A DNA stretch of 64,000 nucleotides from Elsinoe ampelina (GCA_010093995.1 ML992502.1:2110541-2174540), one strand, 5' to 3'. Shown: positions 52,222 to 64,000, counted from the stretch's first letter. Numbers and translations: made by a program. The notes: generated by a model not told the origin, from the sequence alone.

Positions 52222-52363
52222 TGTTATAATAGAAGGCTAGTACAGCTTCTCTGGTACTAAAGAACTAGCACTGATGAGTCAGCGCACGCACAGTAGATAA
52301 ATCGGTTACTGTAACTCTCTGAATGAAACACACGTCTCTTGATCCGATTTGCCAGTTACAACA
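52222..52363 (+). repeat. 3' LTR of the left Copia element (142 bp)
   Basis: Directly follows PPT GAGGGGGAG. Termini TGTTATAA...TTACAACA form an inverted pair allowing one G>A change. Confidence 0.75.
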
Positions 52364-52456
52364 GATGAAGTGAGCACCGGCCTTGGCATTGACATCCCAC
52401 TTTACCGTCATTGCTCCGTCCCCACTTCAAGACATCAAGTTGCACACATAGCCACC

Positions 52457-54927
52457 ATGGAGTCGATTTCGAGGGTGTCGACTCTACTGGAAGCAGGTCA
52501 GTCGATCAGTCACTCTCACAACGCAGCCATTGACCATTCATAGCTCGGGAGCTCACCCTCGAAGCCTCTCGCGATGCCTCTTCGGCGAGACGGCCACTCC
52601 GGCCTCTACCACCGGCGCAGATCCAGAAGCTGCTCGATAGCAGATCAGAAAGAGAAGTCCTGGAAGGTCTTAGAAGGGTCATCGCCATGCAGTACACCGC
52701 CTCTCTTGCGACCACGTTACCATTCTTTCCGGCTGTCCTGAAGACCCTCTCGCATCCCACGAGCTCGACTCGTCCTCTGGTCTACGCGTATCTGGTACAC
52801 CATGCAGAAGCAGACCCGGATACCGCACTACTCGCGGTTAACACCATACAAAAGTCCCTGTCCGATTCAAATCCACGAGTACGGTCGTTGGCATTGAAGA
52901 CCATGTCTGCTCTCCGTATGCCAGTCCTAAGTCAGATCATCTCGCTGGCCATCAAGAAGGGCGTGGCAGACATGGCACCCCTCGTGCGAAGGACAGCTGC
53001 GTTCGCGTGTGTCAAATGTATTCGGCTGGACCCATCTACCTTGCCACAAGTTACCGAGTATCTGGCGCAACTTATTGGAGATCCTCAATACTACGTCGCC
53101 GGCGCTGCTGTAGCAGCCTTCATGGAGGTCTGCCCTGAGAGACTAGATCTTGTCCACAAGCATTATCGAAGTCTCGTCAAGAAGCTCGTGGACATGGACG
53201 AATGGGGTCAACTTGCAACACTGAGACTCTTGACTATCTATTCCAGGAAGTGCTTCACGTATCGGACGCAACAAGTCCCGAGGACGCAGCCTACTCAAAC
53301 AGACAAGTCGAATTCGTTCTACGATGAAGAGACGGCCCAGGACGAGAATGCAGATCATGTCTCCCAACAAGTCCTCGACTCTGACTTGTCACTCTTTCTG
53401 GATTCTACATTACCACTCTTGCAATCGCGAACATCTGCTGTCATACTGTCTGTCGCGAATACGTACCTTTCTCTGGCACCATCTTTGTACCTGCATCATG
53501 CAATCCGCCCGCTTGTGGCGCTACTGCGAGCGCCGGAGGATATTCGACCTATTGCGCTTCACAACATCGTACTCGTAGCACTCACTGTACCTCAACTCTT
53601 CGTCCGTTACCATCGTCACTTCACCCTCCATCATACCGACTCTCCACAGGTCTTCGGTCTGAAGCTGGAGATACTCACGTTGATCTTTCCACACTGTAGT
53701 ACTTCGATCCAAAGTCTGACACTGGCCGACTTGGAGCACTTCTCTCGTTCGCACGATGCCAATATAGTGAAACAGGCAGTACGAGCTATAGGGAGATGCG
53801 CGCAAGCTTCTTCGGCTCAAACCTCAGCACGATGTTTGAGACTACTGCTGAGACAGATCAACAGCGCAGACGATACACTTGTTGCTGAAGCCCTGGAGAC
53901 CATACGACATCTGATACAACAAGATCCATCGAGACACAAAAAAACTGTGGTGCGACTGGCGAAGAAGTTGGATGAGCTCAAGAGCGACAAAGCTCGAGCA
54001 AGTGTCATCTGGCTGGTAGGCGAGTTCGCAGGTCTGGCCAAGCTGGAAGAAAGTGTAGCGCCGGACATGCTGCGCATCCTTGTCAGAGGATACGCCGACG
54101 AAGGGGATGAAGTCAAAGGCCAGATTGTATTGTTGGCAGCCAAGATCTACTGCATTTGGTGTCGAGAAGAGAACGAGAAGAAGAAATCAAATGGCGAGAT
54201 CGCGAAGGAACACCAAAGAGTGGGCGAGGACTTTTCCGCAGCACTGCAAGAAGACGAGAATGGGTTTGCCGAGGCCAATACTCAGGAAGATGGCAAACCG
54301 GCGCCTGGAAGCGAGGGCAAGCACGCAGTTGAGCTTTTGTGGCAGCACGTGCTGTTACTTGCACGATATACATCCAGCTACGACCTCCGCGACCGAGCGA
54401 GGCTGTTCCGCGCTCTGCTCTCGGTATCGTCCAGCACAGATCTGGCTTCCCTGCTACTTCTGGCGCCCAAGCCAGTTCCACAGGCGCCCAGTCCCAGCGA
54501 GCGCAGAAAAGGCTTCCAGCTCGGCAGCGCAAGCCTGATCATCGGCGAAGACGCTGGCGTGCATGGGCTCAAGGGCTACGAAGCTCTACCGGACTGGGTC
54601 AAAGAAGGCGAGGAACCTGATCCACGTTTGAGGAACGCAGAAGGCGAAAGAAGAGAGTATGCGGCACCTCGACCAACGGCAGGCAGGATGCTGGATGACG
54701 CGCTCAAAGAACGAGGTAGTGGTAGCAATGCCTCGAGCTTCAAGGAGAAGGCACCGGTCAGTCTCGATGACTGGCTCAATGAGGAGCCAAAGAAGGTAGA
54801 GAGCGAGGCTAGCGGGGAGAGCGAGTATGAGACGGACGAGGAAGAGACTGAGTATGAGACCGATAGTGAGGAGGAGGAAAGTGATTCCGACGAAATTGTT
54901 GCAGAGAGAAGGCAATTGGTTAGCTAG
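52457..54927 (+). CDS. APL6: AP-3 adaptor complex beta subunit (beta-3 adaptin), ~807 aa; exons 52457-52496 and 52544-54927
   Basis: GCCACCATGG start. A 47-nt GT..AG intron gives MESISRVSTLLEAARELTLEA, in frame with the 746-aa ORF. Adaptin N-terminal signatures (ALLAVNTIQKSLSDSNPRVRSLALKTMS, LVDMDEWGQ, YDLRDRAR). Acidic C-terminus. Confidence 0.93.
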
Positions 54928-55519
54928 ATACCTATAGTAATGCATATGCTCGATATCAGTCGCCTGGGTTGATCAGGACGAACAGATGGCCTGCCACCCT
55001 CGAAATGCGACGCTAACAGCCGACTTTGGACTCGCGTAGCTGGAGAGAAATATAACATACAACACCCAAACCAAAGACCATGCCAACATTGCCGTCGTCG
55101 TCCCCTGTGACGATCTACACCCGGAAGTCGGCATCGAAACAAGCATCCCCGCACGGCGCTATGCAAAAGCTTCGCAAGATCGGCAATGCTTGTGTCTATC
55201 ACCCTGGTATTTTCACCATCATATCCCGCCATGAGTGGATCTCGTTTCCTGCTCGGCCCTATACGCGTCGTCATTCCTTAGTGGAGTCAGAGAGGAATGG
55301 CTAATCCATATGCCGCGGCCGTTAATGCCACCTCATCTCCCCTCTTCGTTGAAAAGGTATACAAAGCATACATCTCCTCTCACGCTCTTTCTCTATACTT
55401 CTCTCTCGGATAATTCAAACAACCTCTCTCCTTCCATCTCCTCCCTCCTCTACCCTCTCCCCCACTTCCCACCATAACCACTCCTCAACCCCGACTACCG
55501 CCACCCCTCCGCCGCCACC

Positions 55520-57016
55520 ATGTCCCCCTCCCACTCCTCTCCTCCTCCCCCACCCCTCGAATCTCGCATCCTCCGCAAGCTAGACACCAACCTCCTCCCC
55601 CTCGTCTGCGCCCTCTTCCTCCTCTCCTTCCTCGACCGCTCCAACGTAGGCAACGCCCGCACCGCCGGCATGGAACGCGATCTCCACTTCTCCCCCAACG
55701 GCAAAGGGGCACACACCTACGACTGGCTGCTCACGATCTTCTACATCAGCTACATCTGCTTCGAGCCACTGATCCTCGGGTGGAAGGTCGTCAAACCGCA
55801 CATCTGGGGTGCCGGCGTCACTTTCTCCTGGGGACTGATATCTACGCTCCAAGCCGTCACGACGTCCTGGTCAGGCATGATGGCATTGCGTTTCCTGCTT
55901 GGAGCAGCAGAGGCTGCGTACGGGCCAGGAATAATCTATTTATTGACATTTTTCTACTTGCGAAGGGAAATCGGGCTGCGTATCGGGGTGTTCCTCTCCA
56001 TGGCCCCCCTAGCAACCTGCTTCGCCGGCGCCCTCGCCTACGCCATCACCCGCGAACAAAGCAGCGTAGCCCCCTGGCGCCTCCTCTTCATCGTCGAAGG
56101 CATCCCCACCGTCCTCATGTCAGTCGTGGTCTGGCTCTTCCTCCCGGACGGCCCACACAGCGCTCGCTTCCTCACCGCAGAGGAGCAGGCCGTCGCGGCG
56201 GACAGAGAAGTGAGGCAGGTCGGCACGACGGCGCGCATCGGCGGCCTGAAGTGGACGGACGCCAAGGAGAGTTTCCTCGACGTCAAGTCGTGGTTGCAAG
56301 CGCTGATGTACTTCTCGTGCAACACTGCGTACGGGAGTCTGCCGGTTTTTCTGCCGACGTTTTTGCAGGAGAGTTTGGGGTTTGGTAGTATTGATGCGCA
56401 GAGATTGACGGCGCCGCCGTATTTCTTGTCGTTTGTGATTACGATTTTGACGCCTTGGGTCGCGGATAGGTTGCAGCAGAGGGGGTGGATGATTGTGTTG
56501 CTGTCGTGTGTCGGGGCCGTGGGATATGTGTTGTTGGCCACCGTGGAGGATGTGTGGGTGAGGTATTTCGCGGTGTTTCTGGCGGCGGGAGGCGTGTTCC
56601 CTGCGATTTCGAATGTGTTGCCTTGGGTGACGAATAATCAGGGGAGTGAGACGGGGAGAGGAGTGGCGGTCGTGGTGTTGAATCTGGTTGGGCAGTGTGG
56701 GCCGGTGCTCGGGACGAGGGTCTATCCTACGAACGAAGGGCCGAGGTATATCAAGGGCCATGCTATCTGTGCTGGTTTCTTGTTCTTCAATGCTTTTGTC
56801 GCACTGGTGTTGAGGACGTATTTGAAGTGGCAGAATGGAAAGTGGGATCGACAATTTGGGACGGTAGAGGAGCAGAAGGCGAGAGGAGTGCAGAGGGAGA
56901 CAGTGATCGAAGAGAAGCAAGAGGCTTTGGCAGAAGAGAAAGGAGAGGAGAAGGGGGCAGTGAATGAAGAAGTGGGAACGGAGAACTACGGGCCTCTGTA
57001 TAGATACGTACTATAG
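55520..57016 (+). CDS. MFS transporter, anion:cation symporter (Dal5/Tna1-like) family, 498 aa, intronless
   Basis: RKLD..LLP, FLDRSNVGNA, LRFLLGAAEA, PWRLLFIVEG, LPDGP..ARFLT; about 12 hydrophobic segments. Confidence 0.93.
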   Translation: MSPSHSSPPPPPLESRILRKLDTNLLPLVCALFLLSFLDRSNVGNARTAGMERDLHFSPNGKGAHTYDWLLTIFYISYICFEPLILGWKVVKPHIWGAGVTFSWGLISTLQAVTTSWSGMMALRFLLGAAEAAYGPGIIYLLTFFYLRREIGLRIGVFLSMAPLATCFAGALAYAITREQSSVAPWRLLFIVEGIPTVLMSVVVWLFLPDGPHSARFLTAEEQAVAADREVRQVGTTARIGGLKWTDAKESFLDVKSWLQALMYFSCNTAYGSLPVFLPTFLQESLGFGSIDAQRLTAPPYFLSFVITILTPWVADRLQQRGWMIVLLSCVGAVGYVLLATVEDVWVRYFAVFLAAGGVFPAISNVLPWVTNNQGSETGRGVAVVVLNLVGQCGPVLGTRVYPTNEGPRYIKGHAICAGFLFFNAFVALVLRTYLKWQNGKWDRQFGTVEEQKARGVQRETVIEEKQEALAEEKGEEKGAVNEEVGTENYGPLYRYVL

Positions 57017-57073
57017 GGACCGCACTCAATCTCACTTCTTCTCACATGTCTTGCTCTTCCCCTGTGGATACTC

Positions 57074-58646
57074 TCAAGCCTTCCTCGGTCTAACCTTGAC
57101 CTTCAAATTAGTCTGCTTCACAAACCAATTATTCTCCGTCCTCAACCCGCCCTCCCTTGCTACCTCCCCTACCAGCTCGTAATCAAACCTCACCACCAAC
57201 TCTGGTACCAGCTTGCCTATCTCCAACAACGAGATGTTCTTTCCGATGCATGTCCTACTCCCAGCGCCAAACGCCATAAAGTACCGCTCCATAGTGCTGC
57301 TACGTTCTGCGCTCTGCAACCACCGCTCCGGTACATAGTCATCGGCATCGGCACCAAAAATGCGCTTGTTATGGTGAGCCACCCATGAGTTGACGCCGAC
57401 TTCAGTGCCAGCTGGGAAGAAGACACCGGCTATGGTCGCGCCTCCTGCTGGGACGACGCGCATCATTGGGAGACCGGTGGCGGGATGGAGGCGGAGACCT
57501 TCTTTGATGCAGGCCTGGAGGTAGGGAAGTGCTTGGGCCTGTTGGTGAGTTGGGATGGGCGACAGATGACCGTTGGCGCGGGCTGCATCAAGCTCAGCAC
57601 GGAGGAGAGCAAGCTTGGTAGGATTACGCAGGAGATGGTAGAGGATGCCAGACAGGGAGACGGATGTAGTGTCAGAGCCAGCGCCGATATTGGTGAGACA
57701 GGTGCCGAAGACTTCCTTTTGGAACTTCTCAGGTTCGCGCAGCATTTTGGAAAGGAAGTCGTCGCCGTCTTGTTCGGAGATCTTCTCACTGTTCGGTTGG
57801 GCGTGACGTTCGGATATATTCTGAGCGGTGAAACCAATCAGGTAACCCATACCACCCCCCGAAAGACGATTGTAGAGACCGAAGAGGTACGGATGTAGCC
57901 AAGAGTAGACACCTACGTTCGAGCCATAGATGACATACTGGTGCAATGCATGGAAGATGCCACCTATTTCTTTCCCTTCGTCGAGGAAGCCGAAGCGTTT
58001 GGCAAAGGTGATCATGCCAATCGTGTCAAAGGCATAGCACTGAAGCCAGTGTTGGAGGTCAATCACCTCGTTGGTTTGTGAGAGACGTTCAAAGTGGTCA
58101 AGCAAAAGGTTTGTGCAAGTCTCGACAAAGGGTTCCAGAGGCAGCAGGTTTGTCATGGAGTACAAATTGGCAACCTTGCGTCGCAGCTCAGAGTGGCGCT
58201 TTGGATTCAGGTCTGTGAAGAGATCGTGCACGCGATCGTCCGGGTTACCACTTGCATAGTACCAGCTGTTCTACAATGACAGTAGACTTGTTCCATTTCC
58301 AGGGGATTTCCATTCGACGTACCTTTACAAAGGCTGTACCATGCCCATAGATGATTCGTATGGCTTCAAGATCATCTACCGAGTACTGGTCCGGTGCAAT
58401 CTTGACAATCGGGCCGAATTCTTTGTGTAGTGCAATATTTGTCTTTTCGTAACTACCACTCCACACGTTCCTGAGATACCATAACTTTGTGAAGCGCGCG
58501 AGAAAGGGACCGGGTACTCGGCGAAGGGGTGATGAATATGTCTTGATGAGGGTAAAGAGGATATAGAAGAAAGGAAGGGATAGAAAGAATGGTATGAGAA
58601 GTCCTGATTGTCTGATGCCGTCCAGTAGTTCGGTTACTTTTGCCAT
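57074..58646 (-). CDS. Cytochrome P450 monooxygenase (pisatin-demethylase-like), ~506 aa; exons 58646-58323 and 58270-57074
   Basis: N-terminal membrane anchor and PGPFLARFT; AGSDTT I-helix; KEGLR (ExxR); PERW; heme motif FGAGSRTCIG. A 52-nt GT..AG intron joins the two ORFs in frame. Confidence 0.93.
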
Positions 58647-59512
58647 CTTGCGACAGGATACAAGCAGATCAAAGAGACAAAATAGAAGTGGACGAGGGGG
58701 AAAGCTTCAAACTTACCTTTGTACAACTGACCCTCAGAAGGATGTAATCTTGGCAGGCAAGGAACGGTCGATGGGGTATGGACCGGGGAGGATGTCGAAT
58801 GAGTGGTTTCGAGCAGCGTGGAGGATGAACTTGTGTCCAACCTCCACATTGATCGGTCCGACAGTGTCTGCGTGCTGTTCCTCCATCTGTTGTCGTCTCA
58901 TTTCCCTTGCCCTTGATGCCGAGATAGGTCATGTGAGACACAGACAATTCTATTGACCTGCCGTAGGACGTCTTTCTTGGGTGAAGACGCTGCCGTCCAT
59001 CACACTGGTCTGCTTCCATTGTGCTTGTTGAAGACGAAGGGCTCTTCGTCGACGTTATATGGTGTGGTCTGGATGTGGAGAAACAAAACGCCACAATCTG
59101 GAGAAAATGGGGGGTATCCCGCGGGTTCCTCTCCATGCTGCCTTCACTGCAACTTCATGCTGTAACTACTACGCAAGCCCAGTGAATGGACTGCAGACAA
59201 CGTGGATCCTGTAGAAGCTGCCAAAATGGCGGCGAAATATAGGGGAACGGACTGCTGTGTGGCGCGGTTCAACATGCACATTGGAGATAGACACTACCAG
59301 GCCAACGAGTGTATGCCGACGTTGCTCAGATCGACCGCGTGCTCGATATGCAACAGCTCATGCTGTGTGTTCAATGATTCGGGCCGACTATCGTATTTTC
59401 TACTTTTTCAACATGTCGAATGCTCCGGGCCGTTTGCGCTTGCCGGTCTGTCAGCCGTGGCTATGCTTGCATATTTCATCTCGTTCATCAAACAGGGCGT
59501 AGGTGAGCGGGA

Positions 59513-60307
59513 CTACTCGACCTCCTGGATCTTCGCGCTTGAGCCTGACGCAGCGCCTTCCTTTTTATCTTCGCCCTCGAGCTCGGGCATCTCGTCGTCA
59601 TCGTCATCATCGTCATCACCGTCATCGCCTGCGCCGCCAAAGTCCATGCCGTCCATGCCAGGCATACCACCTCCTCCTGCACCGAGCTTGGAGAAGTCAA
59701 TGCCGCCGAAGCCACCGTCGCCGCCGCCCATACCGCCCATACCTCCCATACCTGGCATACCGCCCATCCTGCTCATGTAGTCATCGTCCTCGACGACCTC
59801 GTTCTGCTCGTCCTCATCCACCCACTGATATACTGTCAGTATAGCACACGAGTCCTATAGTCGTCACACGTACCTTGTCAAAGTTGGTCTTGAGGAAGTG
59901 TGCGCGCGACTTGTCCTTGAGTAAGCGAGGCCAGTACTCTTCCTTCAGCTCTTTCTTGCGCAAAACCAGCTCGACGTCGCGGGGAGTGTGGTGGATCTTG
60001 CTCTCCTTCGGGTCGATCTCGTCGAAGAACTCGAGCTTCACAGCATAGGTTGCCTTTTTCGTTTCCGAGTAGCCCTTGAAGTCGAGGTATGTCGGCTGAA
60101 TGTCTAGCTTGATCTGTTTCGGGTCGACATCAGGTACGGAGATGGTGAGATAGACGTGATTCTTCTCGGCCTCGGTGCTGCTAGACCGTTGCGCCCAAGT
60201 TACTGCAAATTGTGAGCCGCGGGATCCTTCACGAGCTGATGTGACCTACCCTCGGGGGTGATCTGCTTGAGACCCGCAGTGTCTGTTGTATTCGTCGGTT
60301 GCTGCAT
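59513..60307 (-). CDS. SBA1: Hsp90 co-chaperone p23 (Sba1/Wos2), ~232 aa; exons 60307-60250, 60202-59874, 59824-59513
   Basis: Spliced product TPEVTWAQRSS..YLTISVPD..YWPRLLK..FLKTNFDKWVDEDEQ followed by a GGM-rich acidic tail. Canonical GT..AG introns. Confidence 0.93.
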
Positions 60308-60796
60308 GGTGAAGTGTGTGTTGTGCTGTGGGATGTGTGAGTGTGAAGTGAACAAGCTTGCAAGGTTTTAGTCGTACAATAAGCGTCGGCTTCGACTTGT
60401 GGAAGCTTTGGGAATGCTGTCGAAATGTGAGTTTCTTATCCTTGCGTATTTGTCTTTCTGGCAGAGGTTTCCTACTTTGATTGTGGAACCAAGTTAATTC
60501 AGGTCTTCTGCATCAGAATTGATATTCAATCTCTCACAATATTGTTGTATATGAGCTCGAGGCAGGCTCTTGTGTGCAGCAAACGAAAATCACAGTTGAA
60601 GCTTTGCCCGGCAAAAGTGACGTTGTGCGCCCGCCCCGCCAAGCCAAGACCAGGCATCGTTCATTGATGCATCCAACCTCCCGGGACGAACAGGTTCACA
60701 TGCGTCCAGATCTTATTCACTCAAATCATGGCAACAAATCAATCATAGTAGTGCAACCATGACTGCGCCGCTACAGTCTGCGCACACATCACAACA

Positions 60797-61524
60797 ATGC
60801 AGACCGTGAAGCACATGCTTTGGGGCCCTAGCCCCGAAGAGCAGGTCAGTGAGCAGTTCGGCGCAAACTACATGAGCTGATGTTTGTGAAGAAGAGGAAA
60901 TGTAACACCCTTGTTCGCCAGAATATCCGGAAACTTGACCGCGACATCAATCAGCTCAAGCAACTCGAAGGCAAGACAAAGACATACATTCAGCAAGCCG
61001 CCAAGCGAGCAGAACGCAATCCATCGCAAGGGAAGCAGGCCGCAAAGGAGACGAGGACCTTCGCAAAAGAGTTGATCAAGATTCGGAAACAAGGCCAAAG
61101 GTTGAACACGTCCAAGGCCCAACTCCAGAGTGTCGGCATGCAAGTCAACGAAGCCTTCTCAGTACGAAAGATCGAAGGAAGCATCAAGGCGAGCACAGGG
61201 ATTATGAAGGATGTCAACACTCTCGTAAAGCTGCCGGAGCTCACTGGAACCATGCGCGAGCTCAGTCAAGAGCTGATGAAGGCTGGCATCATCGAAGAAA
61301 TGGTCGGAGATACTTTGGATGCTCAGGAAGGATTGGAAGAAGACGAAGAAGCCGAAGAAGAAGTCGAGAAAGTATTGGGCGAGATATTGAAGGACAAGCT
61401 ACCGCCATCTGCTGCTCAAGGAGAGCTTGCCCCCGTCGAGCCCGTCGAGGCCACAGAAGAGGAAGAAGACCAGGAGGAGGTGCTTGCAGCCATGAGAGGA
61501 CGGTTAGAGGCTCTCAAGAGCTGA
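60797..61524 (+). CDS. VPS24: ESCRT-III subunit Vps24 (CHMP3, Snf7 family), ~226 aa; exons 60797-60844 and 60892-61524
   Basis: MQTVKHMLWGPSPEEQ/KRKCNTLVRQNIRKLDRDI; SKAQLQSVGMQVNEAFSVRKIEGS; ELMKAGIIEEMV; C-terminal MRGRLEALKS. 47-nt intron with GCTGA branch site. Confidence 0.92.
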
Positions 61525-61740
61525 ATTTCAATTTTGGATTGTAGAGCGATCTCCCTTGCTGCTTTTGTAATCACCAGGCGGCCTTTCCAGATGGAGGGAC
61601 AGAATAATACAGCAACGTCCATTATTGAAACGCTCAGCATGATGCATCACAAGGAGATGTTGCGAAATGTACAAATATTCATGTGCCTCTGCGCTTTATT
61701 GACTATGGTGTTTTGTTGTCCCTCTTTCAGAGTTGCCTGA

Positions 61741-64000
61741 TGTCAACCGAGGTATAAGCTGGAGCGCCAAGAAAGACCCTGATTCAGTTCACCCACAGTT
61801 GAACTCAGTCAGTATCTACCACAACCTTAATTCATGATCAATTTGGATCATTCTAGTGTCAGTTTGAAGCTATTAAGGAGTTCACTTGATTTATCTAACT
61901 TATAGTGCACTAAGTTAAGTATTTATGTAGTTACAACCTACTAAACTTTAGTAGAGTAGGCAGTAATTAATTCTTTTTCCTCCCCTATATAAGTTAACAG
62001 TTATAAGCCCGGTATAACTACCCCTGCACAAGCATATCACTTAGTTGCTTAGCTACTCTATTTATTAGTTAATTCTCTATTATCTCGCATTTTAAGCATT
62101 AGAATCTGTTAAGAACTGCCTTAATTATAACTATAGGATTTAGGTGTTAATAAAGGGATAAATAACTATAGATACTAACACCTTAATAGCTAGAACACCT
62201 ATCATTCTTACTATATTAGCTGAATAGGCTAGCTAGCTATATATTATTAAGATAAGAGCTTTAAACACTAAGATATAGGACCTTATTAATCCCTAGAAGA
62301 CTATTAAGCTAGAGAGTCTCCCTAAGCCTTAGAGACTAGAAGTAGTAAATGTTAACTTCTTAGCACTCTTCTAGATATATAAGGAGGAACAAGCATAACA
62401 TAATAAATAGTATAAGGCCTTAGCTAATTTAGCTAGCCTTATTTAGTTATTAATTATACTACAAGTTCTTACTATTATTTAGCTAGAAGAGGATCCTTAT
62501 CTATAGGCTATCCTTCGAGCCTTAAAGAACAGATTTGCTCTATCTAATGTAGCTATATAGCTTAAGGTTAAAGCACTCTAGAGGAAATAACTCTCTAGTT
62601 CTTCTCTATAGAATATAGACTATTAGCTTTAGTAATAGGAAGAGGTTATAGATAAGGCTAGGAACTATAATCTACTAGAAGCTTAAGGCTTAAGGCTATA
62701 AAGAGACTTCTTGCTCTCTATCTCTAAGACTAAACTAGCATTTACTAATAAGTACCTTATTAATCTAGATTTACTAACTCTACTAACTATACTTAAACTA
62801 ATTACTAAATTTAGACAGTTCTATAAACTTTATAAGCTATACAACAACATAAAGACTAGTAAGGGGGCTATAGCCTTCTCTATAGCTACTAAGGATATTC
62901 TTTATAAGAAACCTAGTCCTATTAGAGAGCCTAAATATATATATTAAGGCTAGCATAAGTAGAGTAAGTGCTATTACTTGAATAAGTATATAAGGCTAGA
63001 TAGATAGATACTAAACTAGTAGACTATAAAGGAGGTTAGATAGAGGCTAAATAATAAGACTCTTAAAGAGAGAATTAATACTATCCTTACTAAGGAAGTA
63101 TAATATTAGAAGGGGTTAACTCTACTAGTACTAATTAATATAGCTATAACTATTAGATTATACTTAGTATTTATCTTAGCTACTACCAATATCTTAAGCT
63201 TATAGATACTAGATTCTAGAGTAACTAATTATATCTATAATTACACTATAAAGGATAGATATAAGATTACTAGAATTATAGAACCTTATAAGAAGCTATT
63301 CTATAGTAATACCTTACTTAGTATTAAGAGTTAGAGAACTATTAATATTATAGCTCTTTATAAAGGAAAGCCTATAACTATCTATCTTATAAAGGTAGCC
63401 TATATACTATTAATTATAACTAATCTAGTTAGCCTTAGGAGGTTTGTTAATAGTAGAGTCTATTAGAACACTTAAACTATAGAAATTAGCTATAAAGGAA
63501 GAGTACTCTTCTTAGTTATACTAAAGTATAACTAATATATACTAGAGAATAACTCTAAAGCTCTCTATGTTACTATTACATTAAGGGAAGATAATCCTTA
63601 ACTATTAGCCTTTACTATAGTTACTATAAGGACTAATTAATCTTAGTATAAGGTTATAGACTATCTAAGCCTAGAATCTGTTAATTACCTTCTAACTACT
63701 ATAGTTAGTAGTGAACTAACTCTAACTAAGCCTAGTTTAGTAGCTTAACTAATTTATCTTAGGTCTCTATATTAGACTTATAAGCTATTAAATACTTAGC
63801 AGATTATATTAAGGAGCTCTAACACTAAACTTGCTATATTAAAGCTATTTAAGAGAACTACCTTTAATATTATTATTAATAGATTCACTAGCTATAATAA
63901 GGTAAGATATATAAGCTACTTTACTTATAGGACTACTAACTATTAACTAGTTGCTACCTATGCTTATAGATATAAGATTAATAAAATCTATATTAAGATA
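61741..64000 (+). mobile_element. Second Ty1/Copia element, 5' part (LTR, gag, protease, start of integrase), RIP-mutated, runs off the window
   Basis: Putative LTR 61741-61999 (TGTCAAC...GTTAACA) followed by GTTATAAGCCC, a RIP form of the GTTATGAGCCC often seen after fungal Copia 5' LTRs. Knuckle C.C...H.WS.CYYLN (~62936-62983). Protease WILDSG.TDHIC (~63205-63240). LTR start less certain. Confidence 0.8.

Larger units (their letters stand above)
1..52250. other. AT-rich RIP-mutated block (likely heterochromatic)
   Basis: Pervasive TA dinucleotides, near absence of CA/TG, all long ORFs destroyed by TAA/TAG, and repeat copies differing mostly by transitions. Confidence 0.95.
1..52363 (+). 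mobile_element. Ty1/Copia LTR retrotransposon, 3' part (own sequence 1-2861 and 51920-52363), interrupted by the 49-kb Gypsy A1 nest
   Basis: Copia RT/RNase H motifs at 1-1383. Polypurine tract GAGGGGGAG at 52213-52221 is followed by a TG...CA LTR. Removing A1 plus one GAAAA TSD rejoins 2861 to 51920. Confidence 0.8.

Noticed and set aside
1..52250. Centromere call for the AT-rich block
   Set aside because: Compatible with, but not demonstrable from, sequence alone; the CenH3-like pseudogene is TE cargo, and ChIP or Hi-C data would be needed.
55520..58646. Secondary-metabolite gene cluster
   Set aside because: No PKS, NRPS, terpene or DMATS backbone gene and no cluster regulator; the neighbours are housekeeping genes.
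52349..61740. Many overlapping or antisense ORFs in the gene island (e.g. 56120-56920, 59202-59780, 54113-54532)
   Set aside because: Shadow frames of real GC-rich genes or intron read-through, with no independent motifs.
52222..61999. Gene island as cargo of a composite LTR element
   Set aside because: The flanking LTRs differ in sequence and length (142 bp versus ~259 bp), and each belongs to its own Copia extending away from the island.

Overview
Fungal (filamentous ascomycete) genomic DNA in three blocks. (1) About 1-52,360 is an AT-rich, heavily RIP-mutated (TpA-rich, CpA/TpG-depleted) nest of transposons that can be resolved by LTRs, TIRs and target-site duplications (TSDs). A Ty1/Copia element (1-52,363) is split by a chromoviral Gypsy copy A1 (2,862-51,914, TSD GAAAA). 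A1 holds a second Gypsy family B (41,767-48,781, TSD TTACC) and a ~15-kb Plavaka/CACTA-like DNA transposon (3,905-39,690). The Plavaka-like element holds a 7.8-kb hAT element (5,109-12,957, 8-bp TSD), two more Gypsy A copies and a foldback MITE. Several elements carry accessory genes that are readable only after reversing RIP (C>T/G>A): an H3/CenH3-like histone in the hAT, an SNF2-type helicase in the Plavaka-like element, an antisense Zn2Cys6-like ORF in Gypsy B and an antisense DUF3716-like ORF in the Copia. The hAT also has eight copies of a paired 9-bp motif at a fixed 13-bp period, mostly in introns. (2) About 52,450-61,530 is a GC-balanced island of five intact genes: AP-3 beta adaptin, an MFS transporter, a cytochrome P450, the Hsp90 co-chaperone p23 and ESCRT-III Vps24. 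(3) About 61,740-64,000 is the 5' part of a different RIP-mutated Copia. All de-RIP protein readings are manual reconstructions, and the ends of degenerate genes are approximate.
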